Assembly (NCBI RefSeq): GCF_013177435.1
Contig: NZ_CP053627.1
Location: forward strand, 1,470,001 to 1,502,000
From: Xylella taiwanensis
GTDB lineage: Bacteria > Pseudomonadota > Gammaproteobacteria > Xanthomonadales > Xanthomonadaceae
Direction: 5' to 3'
Length of the DNA: 32,000 nt
The stretch's first letter is position 1, and every line of letters starts with the position of its first letter. Below, one piece after another: positions 1-9,395 of the stretch. A program made the translations under genes and the position numbers. The notes beneath the pieces are model-generated. The model was not told where the DNA came from. It worked only from the letters and a program-made list of their open reading frames with translations, and did not search any database.

Positions 1-345
1 ACATGCTCTCAAAACAGCGATAGAGCATTAGCGAAAAAAATAGGAGTTTCAGCGCAATCGCTACACGTATGGAGGCAGGGAGGAAAAATCAAAGATGAAT
101 ATCTTGCATTGCTGATCGAAATAGCCAATGCAGACGCGAGCACGTTTGCAAAAGTACGTGAAGAAGAAGCAGACACACCAACACAACGCCGGATATGGCA
201 ATCGATAGTAGAACGGCTCAGCGCAGCCACAAACGTAGCAATGGCGGCTTCTGCGAACGAGGCAATGCGGGAAGAGATTTTGGTGGGCCGTGCTGGAATC
301 GAACCAGCGACCAGCGGATTAAAAGTCCGATGCTCTGCCGACTGA
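1..345 (+). CDS. Partial phage-type helix-turn-helix DNA-binding protein (5' end cut by the window edge); the reading frame runs into the tRNA-Lys gene
   Basis: Frame 1 is open from base 1 to the TGA at 343-345 (...ALAKKIGVSAQSLHVWRQGGKIKDEYLALLIEIANADASTFAKV...). The segment IGVSAQSLHVWRQGG looks like a Cro/CI/YdaS-type HTH. The last ~65 nt overlap the tRNA on the opposite strand, so the true C-terminus is uncertain. Confidence 0.4.
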   Translation, partial: TCSQNSDRALAKKIGVSAQSLHVWRQGGKIKDEYLALLIEIANADASTFAKVREEEADTPTQRRIWQSIVERLSAATNVAMAASANEAMREEILVGRAGIEPATSGLKVRCSAD

Positions 346-356
346 GCTAACGGCCC
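281..356 (-). tRNA. tRNA-Lys (anticodon UUU), with encoded CCA end
   Basis: The reverse complement reads GGGCCGTTAGCTCAGTCGGCAGAGCATCGGACTTTTAATCCGCTGGTCGCTGGTTCGATTCCAGCACGGCCCACCA. It has a 7-bp acceptor stem, a GCTC/GAGC D stem, a CTTTTAA anticodon loop (anticodon at plus-strand 321-323), a GGTTCGATTCC T-arm and a terminal CCA. It is very close to E. coli tRNA-Lys as I remember it. Confidence 0.93.
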
Positions 357-428
357 AAAATCACAATCCCCCACACACATGACAGTGCGGCTGCATAGTC
401 TACCGTAAGAGTAATGACCTGGGCGATT

Positions 429-1097
429 TTACTGCACATAGCGCGTAGGATCGGAGACACCAGCATCAGCGAATCCGGCCGCACGCAGCTTACAAGCGTC
501 GCAGCGGCCGCAAGCGCGCCCGCCAACATCGGCACGATAACAAGACACGGTCAATGCAAAATCCACTCCCTGTCGCAAGCCTTCGTGAACGATGTTTGCC
601 TTACTGAGAAACTGTAATGGGGCATGTACCTGCAACTTAGTACCCTCGACGCCGGCTTTGGTTGCCAGATTAGCCAGCGTTTCAAAGGCCGTGATGAACT
701 GCGGGCGGCAATCGGGATAACCTGAATAATCAACTGCGTTAACCCCACAGAACAGATCGGCGGCACCGATGACTTCGGCCCAACTCAACGCGAGTGAAAG
801 CATGATGGTGTTACGCGCTGGCACATAGGTGACCGGAATGCCCTCGCTACCCGCGTCTGGTATTTCGATGTCGTCAGTCAATGCCGAACCACCGATGCTG
901 CGCAGATCCACGTCCACGACTTTGTGTGCAGCCACGTCCCGTGCCTTGGCTACGCGTGAGGCTGCGTCCAGCTCGGAAGTATGGCGCTGACCGTAACGTA
1001 CACTTAAAGCATGCACCGTAAATCCCTGCGATTGGGCGATAGCGGTGACAACAGCAGAGTCCATACCTCCGGACAACAAGACAACAGCTTTCTTCAT
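429..1097 (-). CDS. queC: 7-cyano-7-deazaguanine synthase QueC
   Basis: 222-aa ORF. It has the N-terminal PP-loop [16 protein letters not shown] (SGGxDS) and a C-terminal Zn-binding Cys cluster ([20 protein letters not shown]). Length is typical of QueC/ExsB. Confidence 0.95.
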   Translation of the reverse strand: MKKAVVLLSGGMDSAVVTAIAQSQGFTVHALSVRYGQRHTSELDAASRVAKARDVAAHKVVDVDLRSIGGSALTDDIEIPDAGSEGIPVTYVPARNTIMLSLALSWAEVIGAADLFCGVNAVDYSGYPDCRPQFITAFETLANLATKAGVEGTKLQVHAPLQFLSKANIVHEGLRQGVDFALTVSCYRADVGGRACGRCDACKLRAAGFADAGVSDPTRYVQ

Positions 1098-1951
1098 ATG
1101 GAGACTTAGAGTCAGAGTTCGAAAAATCAGGAGAATATGAAATATCTAACAGCAGTTAGATGTTAGAAATCTCAAACTTTTGGGGATATCAGAACGAATG
1201 TCACTTACGCTGTTTCAACTCATTGACGTTATTTAACTATGGCAAGAACGCCAGACCTCAAGAATGACTGACTGAGTCTGACAGGTGGCAGCGGTCTATG
1301 TTAGCTCACTTCTCCAAGACGCCCGTCGCCATCCCACATGTAATGTTGAGTCGCTTGTATTTGCTGTATCAGCTTCATTTTTAAGGTTCACTCACTCAGA
1401 TGCGAATGTTCGTCGCAATGAAAGATATCAACCACGCATCAACCTCATCTAGCACCTCATCTACGGTTAACTACAAAAGAATGAGTACAGCAAACTCACA
1501 CCGGGAACAGTGCCAGATGGAAAATGACGTGATGCCAAAACTGATGTGCACTGAAACATCGCGTGCACTCTTCCAAGACGTAACCCAAACACGCCAAGTG
1601 ATCTTGGCACCAAGGGTGTACTGAAAAGGCGAATTGTTTAATCATGGCGGTACTACATTGAAACAGACTGAAAGTCAAGGAGCTTCAAGTGATTTGTTCG
1701 AAGGACACCCTATGGTGTTATACGCACCCTCTATTAAGTAATTTTTAATATTCATAGCGTCCCCAAGACGGCATTAGATACATGGTGATGCCATTCCTCA
1801 ACCTCTTTGTTGATCCTTAAGCCTATATTTCAAAGGCATGCATGTTTTGCACTCCAGACATCAGCCAGGATTTGCCGACGTTGAGCGCGAGCCGCAGAAT
1901 GTGAAACTATCCGACTTCATTCTGAGTCGGTCGTTCCTTGGGGAGTTCTTG

Positions 1952-3721
1952 ATGCGTACCCATTTCTGCGGCCTGATTGATGAAACATTGATCGGGCACA
2001 CCGTGACCCTTGCCGGCTGGACCGATGTGGCTCGCAACCTCGGGGGAGTCTGCTTTATCGATTTGCGCGACCACGAAGGAATCGTGCAGGTGACTGTGGA
2101 TCCGCATGCAATCGATGAGAACAGCCCAGAACTATTTAAGATCGCTACCAGCTTGAGCTACGAAGATGTACTGCAGGTCGAAGGCGTCGTACGCACACGT
2201 CATGCGGTCAACACCAAGATCAAGAGCGGCAAGGTCGAAGTGATTGCCACAAAGATTACGGTGCTCAATAAGGCTGCACCGCTACCGTTTCATGCTCACG
2301 AGAATCCAGGCGAGGATATCCGTCTCAAATACCGCTACCTGGATCTGCGCCGTCCAGAAATGCAGCGTATGCAACGCACGCGCATCAAGCTGGTACAAGC
2401 ACTGCGCCGCCATCTGGACATGCACGGATTCCAAGACATCGAAACCCCAATCCTGACGAAAGCCACACCTGAAGGCGCCCGTGACTTTCTTGTTCCGGCG
2501 AGAATGCATCCCGGCGAATTCTACGCGTTACCGCAATCGCCGCAGCTATTCAAACAAATACTGATGGTGGCCGGTTTTGATCGCTACTATCAAATCGCAC
2601 GCTGTTTCCGTGACGAAGCGTTGCGTGCGGATCGCCAGCTTGAATTTACTCAACTTGACATGGAGTTTGCCTTTGTACGCGAACGTGACGTACAGGACTT
2701 CGTTGAGGAGATGATCCGGACGGTATTCAAAGAGGTGGCCGGGATCGAGCTCGATACACCGTTTCCCCGCATGGCATGGGCTGAAGCAATGCGCCGTTTT
2801 GGCTCGGACAAACCAGATCTGCGCATTGATCTGGAACTGGTTGATGTTGCCGAACTGGTCGCTAACAGCACATTCACCGCATTTACTGATGCCGCTGCAG
2901 ATCCAAACGGCCGCGTTGCCGCATTGCGTATCCCCGGGGGGGCAATACTGTCACGCAAGCAGATCGATGAATACGCTGCCCACACATCCAAGTATGGTGC
3001 CAAAGGGCTTGCTTACGCCAAGCTCGCCCCCACAGGCGAAATCACCTCGCCAATAGCCAAATTTTTCTCCGAAAATGCCTTCGCTGCGTTGCTGTCCCAT
3101 GTCGGTGCGGATAAAGGCGACATCGTGTTTTTCGGTGCTGGAAGCTACAGCAAAGTTTCCGACTTCATGGGCGCATTACGCCTGAAAGCCGCCAAAGATT
3201 TTGCGCTGATCACCGCAGGCTGGCGCCCACTGTGGGTCACCGACTTTCCGATGTTCGAGTGGGATGAGGAGGCGCAGCGCTACATTGCCTTGCATCATCC
3301 ATTCACTGCACCAGCAGCCATTGAAGATATTGCTGAATTACGTGCACACGCTAGAACTGCTGTGTCCCGTGGCTATGACATGGTGCTCAATGGCAACGAA
3401 ATCGGTGGCGGTTCGATCCGTATTCACCGCCCAGACATGCAGCGTGCCGTCTTTGAACTGCTCGGTATTGCGGAAGATGAAGCACGTTCCAAATTTGGCT
3501 TTCTCCTCGACGCACTGAATTATGGCGCCCCGCCCCACGGAGGGATTGCTTTCGGTATCGACCGCATTGCCGCACTGATCGCCGGCACCGAATCAATCCG
3601 TGACGTCATTCCATTTCCGAAAACGACCAGCGCACAATGCCTGATGACCGATGCGCCGTCGCCCATCCCGGACGAACAACTCTCCGAGGTCCATGTGATG
3701 ACCAGGAAACTCACACCGTGA
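1952..3721 (+). CDS. aspS: Aspartate--tRNA ligase (class II, bacterial type)
   Basis: The ORF 1838-3721 contains [23 protein letters not shown] from the ATG at 1952, preceded by GGGGAG at 1941-1946. E. coli AspRS starts MRTEYCG. Class II motifs are present ([16 protein letters not shown]). The ~589 aa from 1952 matches the bacterial AspRS length. Confidence 0.95.
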   Translation: MRTHFCGLIDETLIGHTVTLAGWTDVARNLGGVCFIDLRDHEGIVQVTVDPHAIDENSPELFKIATSLSYEDVLQVEGVVRTRHAVNTKIKSGKVEVIATKITVLNKAAPLPFHAHENPGEDIRLKYRYLDLRRPEMQRMQRTRIKLVQALRRHLDMHGFQDIETPILTKATPEGARDFLVPARMHPGEFYALPQSPQLFKQILMVAGFDRYYQIARCFRDEALRADRQLEFTQLDMEFAFVRERDVQDFVEEMIRTVFKEVAGIELDTPFPRMAWAEAMRRFGSDKPDLRIDLELVDVAELVANSTFTAFTDAAADPNGRVAALRIPGGAILSRKQIDEYAAHTSKYGAKGLAYAKLAPTGEITSPIAKFFSENAFAALLSHVGADKGDIVFFGAGSYSKVSDFMGALRLKAAKDFALITAGWRPLWVTDFPMFEWDEEAQRYIALHHPFTAPAAIEDIAELRAHARTAVSRGYDMVLNGNEIGGGSIRIHRPDMQRAVFELLGIAEDEARSKFGFLLDALNYGAPPHGGIAFGIDRIAALIAGTESIRDVIPFPKTTSAQCLMTDAPSPIPDEQLSEVHVMTRKLTP

Positions 3722-3980
3722 TGGCGGCAAAAACGACTTCATTAAATCAAGCAATGGATACGATTGGCATGAGCGTGCCATCGGACGCAATGCTGTCATC
3801 ACCGCTTCATATTGTGTTTTTTAAGCCAAGGAATCTTTAGCCAATCCAGCCGATTGCATGGCTGGCTATTGGCAAACATCTGCAACACGAATGGATATGT
3901 CGAAACAAACAAACTAGATCCTGCGTTGCACCAACTCGATGCAACGGCAAAGAGAACGCACAGCCTGACTTGGGCTCATT

Positions 3981-4018
3981 GGAGTCACCTCAGAAAACGG
4001 AAAATAAAGCACGAAAGG
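3981..4018. repeat. Left terminal inverted repeat of the Tn3-family element
   Basis: GGAGTCACCTCAGAAAACGGAAAATAAAGCACGAAAGG. It closely resembles the Tn21-type 38-bp IR as I recall it (GGGGTCGTCTCAGAAAACGGAAAATAAAGCACGCTAAG). Confidence 0.8.
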
Positions 4019-4042
4019 ACAGCGTGCCTCTTTCACAAACGT

Positions 4043-4870
4043 TTATTTCGGGGCGAGTTCACCGTACCAATAGGAAGAGGTAACCCCACCATCAATAAGG
4101 AAGTCACTACCCGTGATAAACGCACCATCTGGCCCCATGAGGAATGCCCCCAGCGTTCCGATTTCATCCGGTGTTCCCGCGCGGCCGGTTGGAGATAGCT
4201 CAATCATGCGTCGATAGCCCTCACCGCGAGGGCCTGTCAGTTCGTCCTTAGCCAGCGGCGTGATGACAATGCCTGGACTGATTGTATTGATCCGCGCCCC
4301 GCGTTTGCCCCACTTCACTGCTTCGGCCATGACCCGTAACGCATTACCACGCTTGGATATCTGGTAAGCATGTAGTGAATCTGTCACTTGGTCAGACTGG
4401 AGCATCGGAAGTGACAACAATGCATCGGCTGGCGTCATTGCCAGGGCATTGTTCTGCTCGGCCGTCAGTGCTGGCAAGCGATGTCCGGATTGGGAAGAGA
4501 TGACAACCCCGGAACCTCCTGACGAAATCACGTGACCGAACTCTTCCAGAACGACAGCGGTCCCATACAGATCGACCTTGAGGATAACGGCTGGAGGTGC
4601 TTGAGACGGGGAAACGCCAGCTGCGTGAATCATGCAGGTGACGTTGCCAAGCGTTGTCGCTACTTGAACAAGAGCATGAACCGACTCGCGTGAAGCAACA
4701 TCCACCGTAGCTGTACTTACCTCGAATCCGGCTTCACCAAGCACTTGCGCTGCGGCACCGGCGTTTTCTGGGCACAGATCTGCCAGTAAAACATGTTTGC
4801 CGGTGCTAACCCTCCGTGCGATTGCCTGACCGATAGATCCGGCACCAATAACGACCGTAATGCTTTTCAT
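4043..4870 (-). CDS. Short-chain dehydrogenase/reductase (SDR family oxidoreductase), transposon passenger
   Basis: Intact 275-aa ORF. It has the N-terminal Rossmann motif VVIGAGSIGQAIARR, the catalytic YxxxK (YQISK), and a C-terminal ITGSDFLIDGG typical of classical SDRs. It lies wholly inside the IRs. Confidence 0.9.
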   Translation of the reverse strand: MKSITVVIGAGSIGQAIARRVSTGKHVLLADLCPENAGAAAQVLGEAGFEVSTATVDVASRESVHALVQVATTLGNVTCMIHAAGVSPSQAPPAVILKVDLYGTAVVLEEFGHVISSGGSGVVISSQSGHRLPALTAEQNNALAMTPADALLSLPMLQSDQVTDSLHAYQISKRGNALRVMAEAVKWGKRGARINTISPGIVITPLAKDELTGPRGEGYRRMIELSPTGRAGTPDEIGTLGAFLMGPDGAFITGSDFLIDGGVTSSYWYGELAPK

Positions 4871-4900
4871 AATTGGCCTCTCCTGCGTGAAGAAACAATT

Positions 4901-5000
4901 GGAGTGTCAATTTGATATATCCCCTAATATCACACCAGAGGGGGTGTGACCGATTGACACGCACCCTAAGAGTAATAAATTTCACGCTGACACTTCACAC
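4901..5000. promoter_or_regulatory. Candidate res (resolution) site upstream of the tnpR remnant
   Basis: Three TGTCA/TGACA-containing imperfect inverted repeats: TGTCAATTTGATA at ~4905, GTGTGACCGATTGACAC at ~4944-4960, and GCTGACACTTCACA at ~4986-4999. They sit where Tn21-subgroup elements carry res. Subsites were not mapped. Confidence 0.35.
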
Positions 5001-5014
5001 TTTGTGGAGGCCGT

Positions 5015-5310
5015 TTGGCAGGTCAATGCATTGGTTATGTTCGGATCAGCAGCTTTGACCAGAACCCAGAACGGCACTTGGATGCTGTCCAGGGAGATCG
5101 TGTCTTTACCGATAAGACGTCGGTCAAGGACACCCATCGACCACAACTCGACACGCTACTGTCTTTCGTGCGCGATAGAGACATGGTGGTGGTGCACAGC
5201 ATGGATCGCGTGGCGCGTAACCTGAGCTGAGCAAGCGCGGCGTCCGCATCGCCTTCCTCAAGGAAGGCTTGAGTTTCACCGGCGAGGACTCGCCGATGGC
5301 CAACCTGGGC
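5015..5310 (+). pseudogene. tnpR: Serine recombinase/resolvase tnpR, frameshifted and 3'-truncated
   Basis: Fragment 1 (5015-5230) reads (TTG)AGQCIGYVRISSFDQNPERHLD...VVVHSMDRVARNLS*. This is a resolvase N-terminal catalytic domain with the Ser in YVRISS. The sequence continues in another frame from 5230 as SKRGVRIAFLKEGLSFTGEDSPMANLG and then breaks off. About 10 codons are missing at the frame junction and the C-terminal HTH domain is absent. Confidence 0.8.
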
Positions 5311-5339
5311 GATCATCCGTGCCAACCGGTGTATCTACG

Positions 5340-6513
5340 ATACCCAACACCACGCAGGCCCTGATCGACCAGATCGCGATGATCCTGCCGCATATGAAGA
5401 TTACCGAATTGCTGCTCGCGCACCTGAAATCGGGCGACTTGGCAAAGACAAGCACCTAGTGCTAACCACGATTGTGGCCAACGCGATTCTCAGCACGACC
5501 TACACCAAGCTGGCTTGGCACATCCACGAGGAAACCTACGCGGTGGTGCTGGCCGAGCTGCTCAAGACACAGTTTCGGCATCCTTCCGCAGAGCACAGGG
5601 AAGACGGCACCTGTTTCATCCTCGGATGGCTAGAGCTTCCGTACTGACAACAAGGCTGAGAACAACCCGAAACAGCAGCTCTTCGCCGTTCCACACCAAG
5701 GTCGTGAACATCGGGGTGCGCGACTGGACCTACGTGCTCGACGGTCTGCTGTATTACGAATCCGATCTGCGGATCGAAGCGCACTACACCAACACGGCGA
5801 ACTTCACTAATCACGTCTTCGGGCTCATGCACCTGCTGGGCTTCCACTTCACGCCGCACATTCGCAACCTGGGCGACACCACGCTCTATATTCCCAAGGG
5901 CGACGCCGCCTATGGCGCGCTCAAGCCGATAATCGGTGGCACGCTCAACATCAAACACGTCCGCGCCCATTGGGACGAAATCCTGCGGCTGGCCACCTCG
6001 ATCAAGCAGGATAAGGTGACGGCCTCACTGATGCTCAGCAAGTTCAGCAACTCTCCGCGCCAGAGCGGTTTGGCCGTCGCCCTGTGCAAGCTGGGCCACA
6101 TCGAGCGCACGCTGTTCATCCTGGACTGGCTGCAACGCGTCGAATTCGACACCGCGTGTACGCCGGGGGAGGCTCGCAACATGCTGGCCTGTACCTTGTG
6201 CTTCCACCACCTTAGCGAAATCCGCGACCGCAGTTTCGAGCAGCAGCACTACTGGGCCAGTAACCTCAACCTGGTGACGGCGGCCATCGTGTTATGGAAC
6301 ACGGTCTATCTGAAACGGCCTGGACATGCCCTGCGTAGCCGCAGCCAAACCGTCCATGATGCCCTGTTGCAGTACCTGTCGCCGCTTGGCTAGGAGCACA
6401 TCAATCTGAATCGTGATGACCTGTGGCGCAGCAGCGCCAAGATCGGCGCCGGCAAGTTCAGGCCACTCCGGCCGCTGCAATCAGTTCAGCGTGCTTTATT
6501 TTCCGTTTTCTGA
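5340..6513 (+). pseudogene. tnpA: Tn3-family DDE transposase tnpA remnant (internal deletions, frameshifts, premature stop)
   Basis: The fragments are ALIDQIAMILPHMKITELLL, then [10 protein letters not shown]..., then ...[30 protein letters not shown] long C-terminal block follows: [34 protein letters not shown]...[47 protein letters not shown]...[15 protein letters not shown]...[12 protein letters not shown] at 6391-6393 sits where the family has Trp. The frame then continues EHINL..LWRSSAKIGAGKFRPLRPLQ into IR-R. Only about 1.2 kb of an expected ~3 kb gene remains. Confidence 0.85.
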
Positions 6514-6522
6514 GGCGATCCC
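6485..6522. repeat. Right terminal inverted repeat of the Tn3-family element
   Basis: The reverse complement of 6485-6522 reads GGGATCGCCTCAGAAAACGGAAAATAAAGCACGCTGAA. Its 26-bp core is identical to IR-L, and the outer 7 nt match 4/7. Confidence 0.8.
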
Positions 6523-6556
6523 TCACTGTTCCATTGCTCCCAGCCTTGAGCCGTTC

Positions 6557-8074
6557 CTACTCCACAACAACCGGAATTCTGCCGATCCGGGCCCGCCACT
6601 CACGCGGCCCAGTTTTGTGTACAGACTCGCCACTGGCATCAACCGCCACTGTCACTGGCATCTCCTTGACCTCAAACTCATAAATTGCCTCCATGCCCAG
6701 GTCTTCAAAAGCTAGCATCCTGCTGGCCTTGATCGCCTTGGAGACCAGATAAGCCGAACCACCCACCGCCATCAAATACACGGCTTTGTTGTCACGGATT
6801 GCATCGATCGCTGCCGGGCCGCGCTCGGCCTTGCCCACCATACCGAGCAGCCCAGCCTGCTCCAGCATTTGACGCGTGAACTTATCCATGCGCGTGGCGG
6901 TGGTTGGACCCGCAGGGCCGACCACTTCATCACGCACCGGATCAACCGGACCCACGTAATAGATAAAGCGATTCGTGAAATCGACCGGCAATGTCTCCCC
7001 CTTGTTGAGCATGTCGACGATGCGCTTGTGCGCAGCATCGCGGCCCGTCAGCAACTTACCGCTGAGCAGCAACACCTCACCTGGTTTGAACTGAGCAACC
7101 TCATCCCTGGTAATAGTATTCAGATTCACCTGGCGTGCGCTTTGCGGGAGATAGCTCAACTTAGGCCAATCCTCCAATGACGGCGGCTCCAGCGCAACTG
7201 GACCGCTGCCGTCCAATGTGAAATGTGCATGGCGGGTGGCCGCACAATTGGGGATCATCGCTACCGGCAAATTGGCGGCATGTGTCGGATAATCCTTGAC
7301 TTTGATATCCAGTACCGTCGTCAAACCACCCAACCCCTGAGCACCAATCCCCAAAGCATTGACCTTCTCGTACAGCTCCAAGCGTAATTCTTCGGCACGG
7401 TTGGAAGGGCCACGCAGCATTAAATCCTGGATGTTAATCGGTTCCATCAACGCCTCCTTGGCGAGCAGCATCGCTTTCTCAGCCGTACCGCCGATACCGA
7501 TACCGAGCATCCCTGGCGGGCACCAGCCAGCCCCCATAGTCGGCACCGTGTTGAGCACCCAATCAACAATGGAATCTGATGGATTCAGCATTGTAAATTT
7601 GCTCTTAGCTTCCGAGCCGCCGCCCTTGGCAGCAACAATCACTTCAACATGTTCCCCAGAAACGACCTTGACGTTGACCACCGCTGGCGTATTGTCCCTC
7701 GTGTTCCGGCGCTTGCCGGCGGGATCGGCAAGCACTGACGCACGCAGCGTGTTATCCGGATGACGATAAGCACGGCGGACCCCCTCGTTCACCATGTCTT
7801 CCACATCCATCGTGACATCGTCCCAACGCACATGCATGCCGATCTTAAGGAACACCGTGACGATGCCCGTATCTTGGCAAATCGGGCGGCGACCCTCTGC
7901 ACACATGCGTGAGTTAATCAAGATCTGTGCCATCGCATCTTTAGCAGCGGGCGACTCCTCGCGCTCGTAAGCCAAAGCAAGATTCTTGATGTAATCGACC
8001 GGATGGTAGTAGCTGATGTACTGCAATGCATCGGCGACGGATTGGATAAAGTCTTCTTGTTTAATCAATGACAC
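6557..8074 (-). CDS. fumA: Class I (Fe-S dependent) fumarate hydratase, single-polypeptide ~505-aa type
   Basis: 505-aa ORF with a GTG start. The N-terminus (M)SLIKQEDFIQSVADALQYISYYHPVDYI and the CQDTGIV cluster-ligand motif match the Pseudomonas/Xanthomonas-type class I fumarase. Confidence 0.92.
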   Translation of the reverse strand: MSLIKQEDFIQSVADALQYISYYHPVDYIKNLALAYEREESPAAKDAMAQILINSRMCAEGRRPICQDTGIVTVFLKIGMHVRWDDVTMDVEDMVNEGVRRAYRHPDNTLRASVLADPAGKRRNTRDNTPAVVNVKVVSGEHVEVIVAAKGGGSEAKSKFTMLNPSDSIVDWVLNTVPTMGAGWCPPGMLGIGIGGTAEKAMLLAKEALMEPINIQDLMLRGPSNRAEELRLELYEKVNALGIGAQGLGGLTTVLDIKVKDYPTHAANLPVAMIPNCAATRHAHFTLDGSGPVALEPPSLEDWPKLSYLPQSARQVNLNTITRDEVAQFKPGEVLLLSGKLLTGRDAAHKRIVDMLNKGETLPVDFTNRFIYYVGPVDPVRDEVVGPAGPTTATRMDKFTRQMLEQAGLLGMVGKAERGPAAIDAIRDNKAVYLMAVGGSAYLVSKAIKASRMLAFEDLGMEAIYEFEVKEMPVTVAVDASGESVHKTGPREWRARIGRIPVVVE

Positions 8075-9395
8075 CGGCTGGCTCTTAGTTGCTGACTAAA
8101 AAACGTTGCCATTGTAAGGCCCCTGAATACATCTCCGGACATGAAACTCTGAAAGAAACACCGGCAATGGAAGTGATCTCAAATAAAAATTGAGGATTAA
8201 AACCCAGGAACGCAGTGACACTGACTCCAGGGAACACCACAGTGATGCAACCATCGAGTGCTTTAACCTGACGCGGCCCAGATCGAAAACCGAGCAAAGC
8301 GATGTACTGAACACCCTTATCACCAAGCACATCATCGTTTTTTCTGACGCCCTGGTTCTGTAATGCTTAACACATTTCACACCTCATGCGGATTGTCAAC
8401 ATTCATCTAAATCGCAAATGTGTGGCAGTTGCCGTCCCAGCCACACTGAGCAGGATGACAATCAATCACCTGCAGCAGTGGATTCAACCTACCCCGCCTC
8501 AGCCTGATACTTGCCTGCATAAAATTCCACCTCATAACCACAGGGAAAAGACCACGGTCCGCCCTACTGAAACCGCTTGCCTCCCTACCCTGCCCTTGAA
8601 TAGGAAGACATTACAGCTCCTCCTCACTGCCCCTCACCAAACCGGCATACTGCAAGATTGCCGTCCACTATCAGCACTTGGATCGGTAAAGATCAGAAAA
8701 CCGCATTTATTGCAGTGGATTGCCGATTGTCACGCGGTTGACGTTATGCCAAGCCATCGCAACCAACACCACGCCCCGACCATTGACACCGTCAATCCCT
8801 TCCCTGCAAGCATTGCTGGACCAGCAGCCATCGGATCTAGTACTTAACTTGCTAGGCAAGAAAAACTCACATCATTTTCATAACGAAATTCAAATACCAC
8901 CATACCGCAGATTTACTGATGCTCTATCAACTGGCACTCGTGCTGTCAGCTTCCTTTCTCTTTATTTTATTTTCAATATTATCAAGAATATTAAAAGAGC
9001 GAATATTGATCAACTCACTTTATTATTAGATTGTCATAAGTGATAAAACCACATCGGTAACACTGCTCTCCACTTCAAGCACACTCAATTTTTCAAATGC
9101 ATCTTAATCATTTATGGGATTTAATTATATCCTGCATTTTCAAGAATAAAATAAAAAATCAAAATGCAGAGTAACTCTCTACCTTAGATTTAACCGCATC
9201 AAACTTAAGCGGATACTCCTATGAAGCAACCCAAAAATATCTTTATAATTTAAAGAAAAAATACCGCAACAAGAATAAAATAATCTCAAGCCTATCTGTA
9301 AACAGTGCTATTCGAACAACATCCGAATCGCAACCCCTTACTCCGACAAGAACATAACCGTATTCACTGATACAAAATCGTGCGCTCCAGATGGC

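Larger units (their letters stand above)
3981..6522 (+). mobile_element. Decayed Tn3-family (Tn21/Tn501-like organisation) transposon: IR-L, SDR passenger, candidate res, tnpR pseudogene, tnpA pseudogene, IR-R
   Basis: 38-bp terminal inverted repeats share an identical 26-bp core, CCTCAGAAAACGGAAAATAAAGCACG. The collinear res-tnpR-tnpA order matches the Tn21/Tn501 subgroup. Flanking pentamers TCATT (3976-3980) and TCACT (6523-6527) match 4/5, as expected for a slightly decayed 5-bp target duplication. The interior looks more GC-rich than its surroundings. Confidence 0.8.

Noticed and set aside
9..380. 123-aa minus-strand ORF
   Set aside because: It reads straight through the tRNA-Lys gene (the FNPLVAGSIPA stretch is the translated T-arm) and is antisense to the HTH frame. 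It is an artefact.
1098..1951. preQ1 riboswitch or small gene in the 850-bp queC-aspS intergenic region (including ORF 1400-1624)
   Set aside because: I looked for the preQ1-I consensus upstream of queC and did not find it. Only a small hairpin is present (ATCTAAC-AGCA-GTTAGAT, 1144-1161). ORF 1400-1624 is Ser/Thr-rich, low-complexity and lacks an SD.
2244..3802. Numerous 60-117-aa ORFs inside or antisense to aspS (the same pattern occurs inside tkt, the symporter, dcp, folC and purF)
   Set aside because: They are shadow ORFs within well-supported long genes in GC-moderate sequence, with no independent evidence.
3841..3872. Extended hairpin CCAATCCAGCC-N8-GGCTGGCTATTGG downstream of aspS, as a terminator
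   Set aside because: No U-tract follows on either strand. It may still be a structural element, but it cannot be called a terminator from sequence alone.
5515..6393. 292-aa ORF that looks like an intact gene
   Set aside because: Only the C-terminal ~230 residues are transposase sequence. The N-terminal part ([17 protein letters not shown]...) is an out-of-frame read-through of other tnpA fragments, and the ORF ends at a premature TAG. It is treated as part of the tnpA pseudogene.
8085..8847. ORFs 8085-8330(-), 8096-8380(-) and 8386-8847(+) upstream of the fumarase gene
   Set aside because: They overlap one another, have no SD or recognisable domain, and their composition reflects strand skew rather than coding. 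The region most likely holds the fumarase promoter plus decayed sequence.
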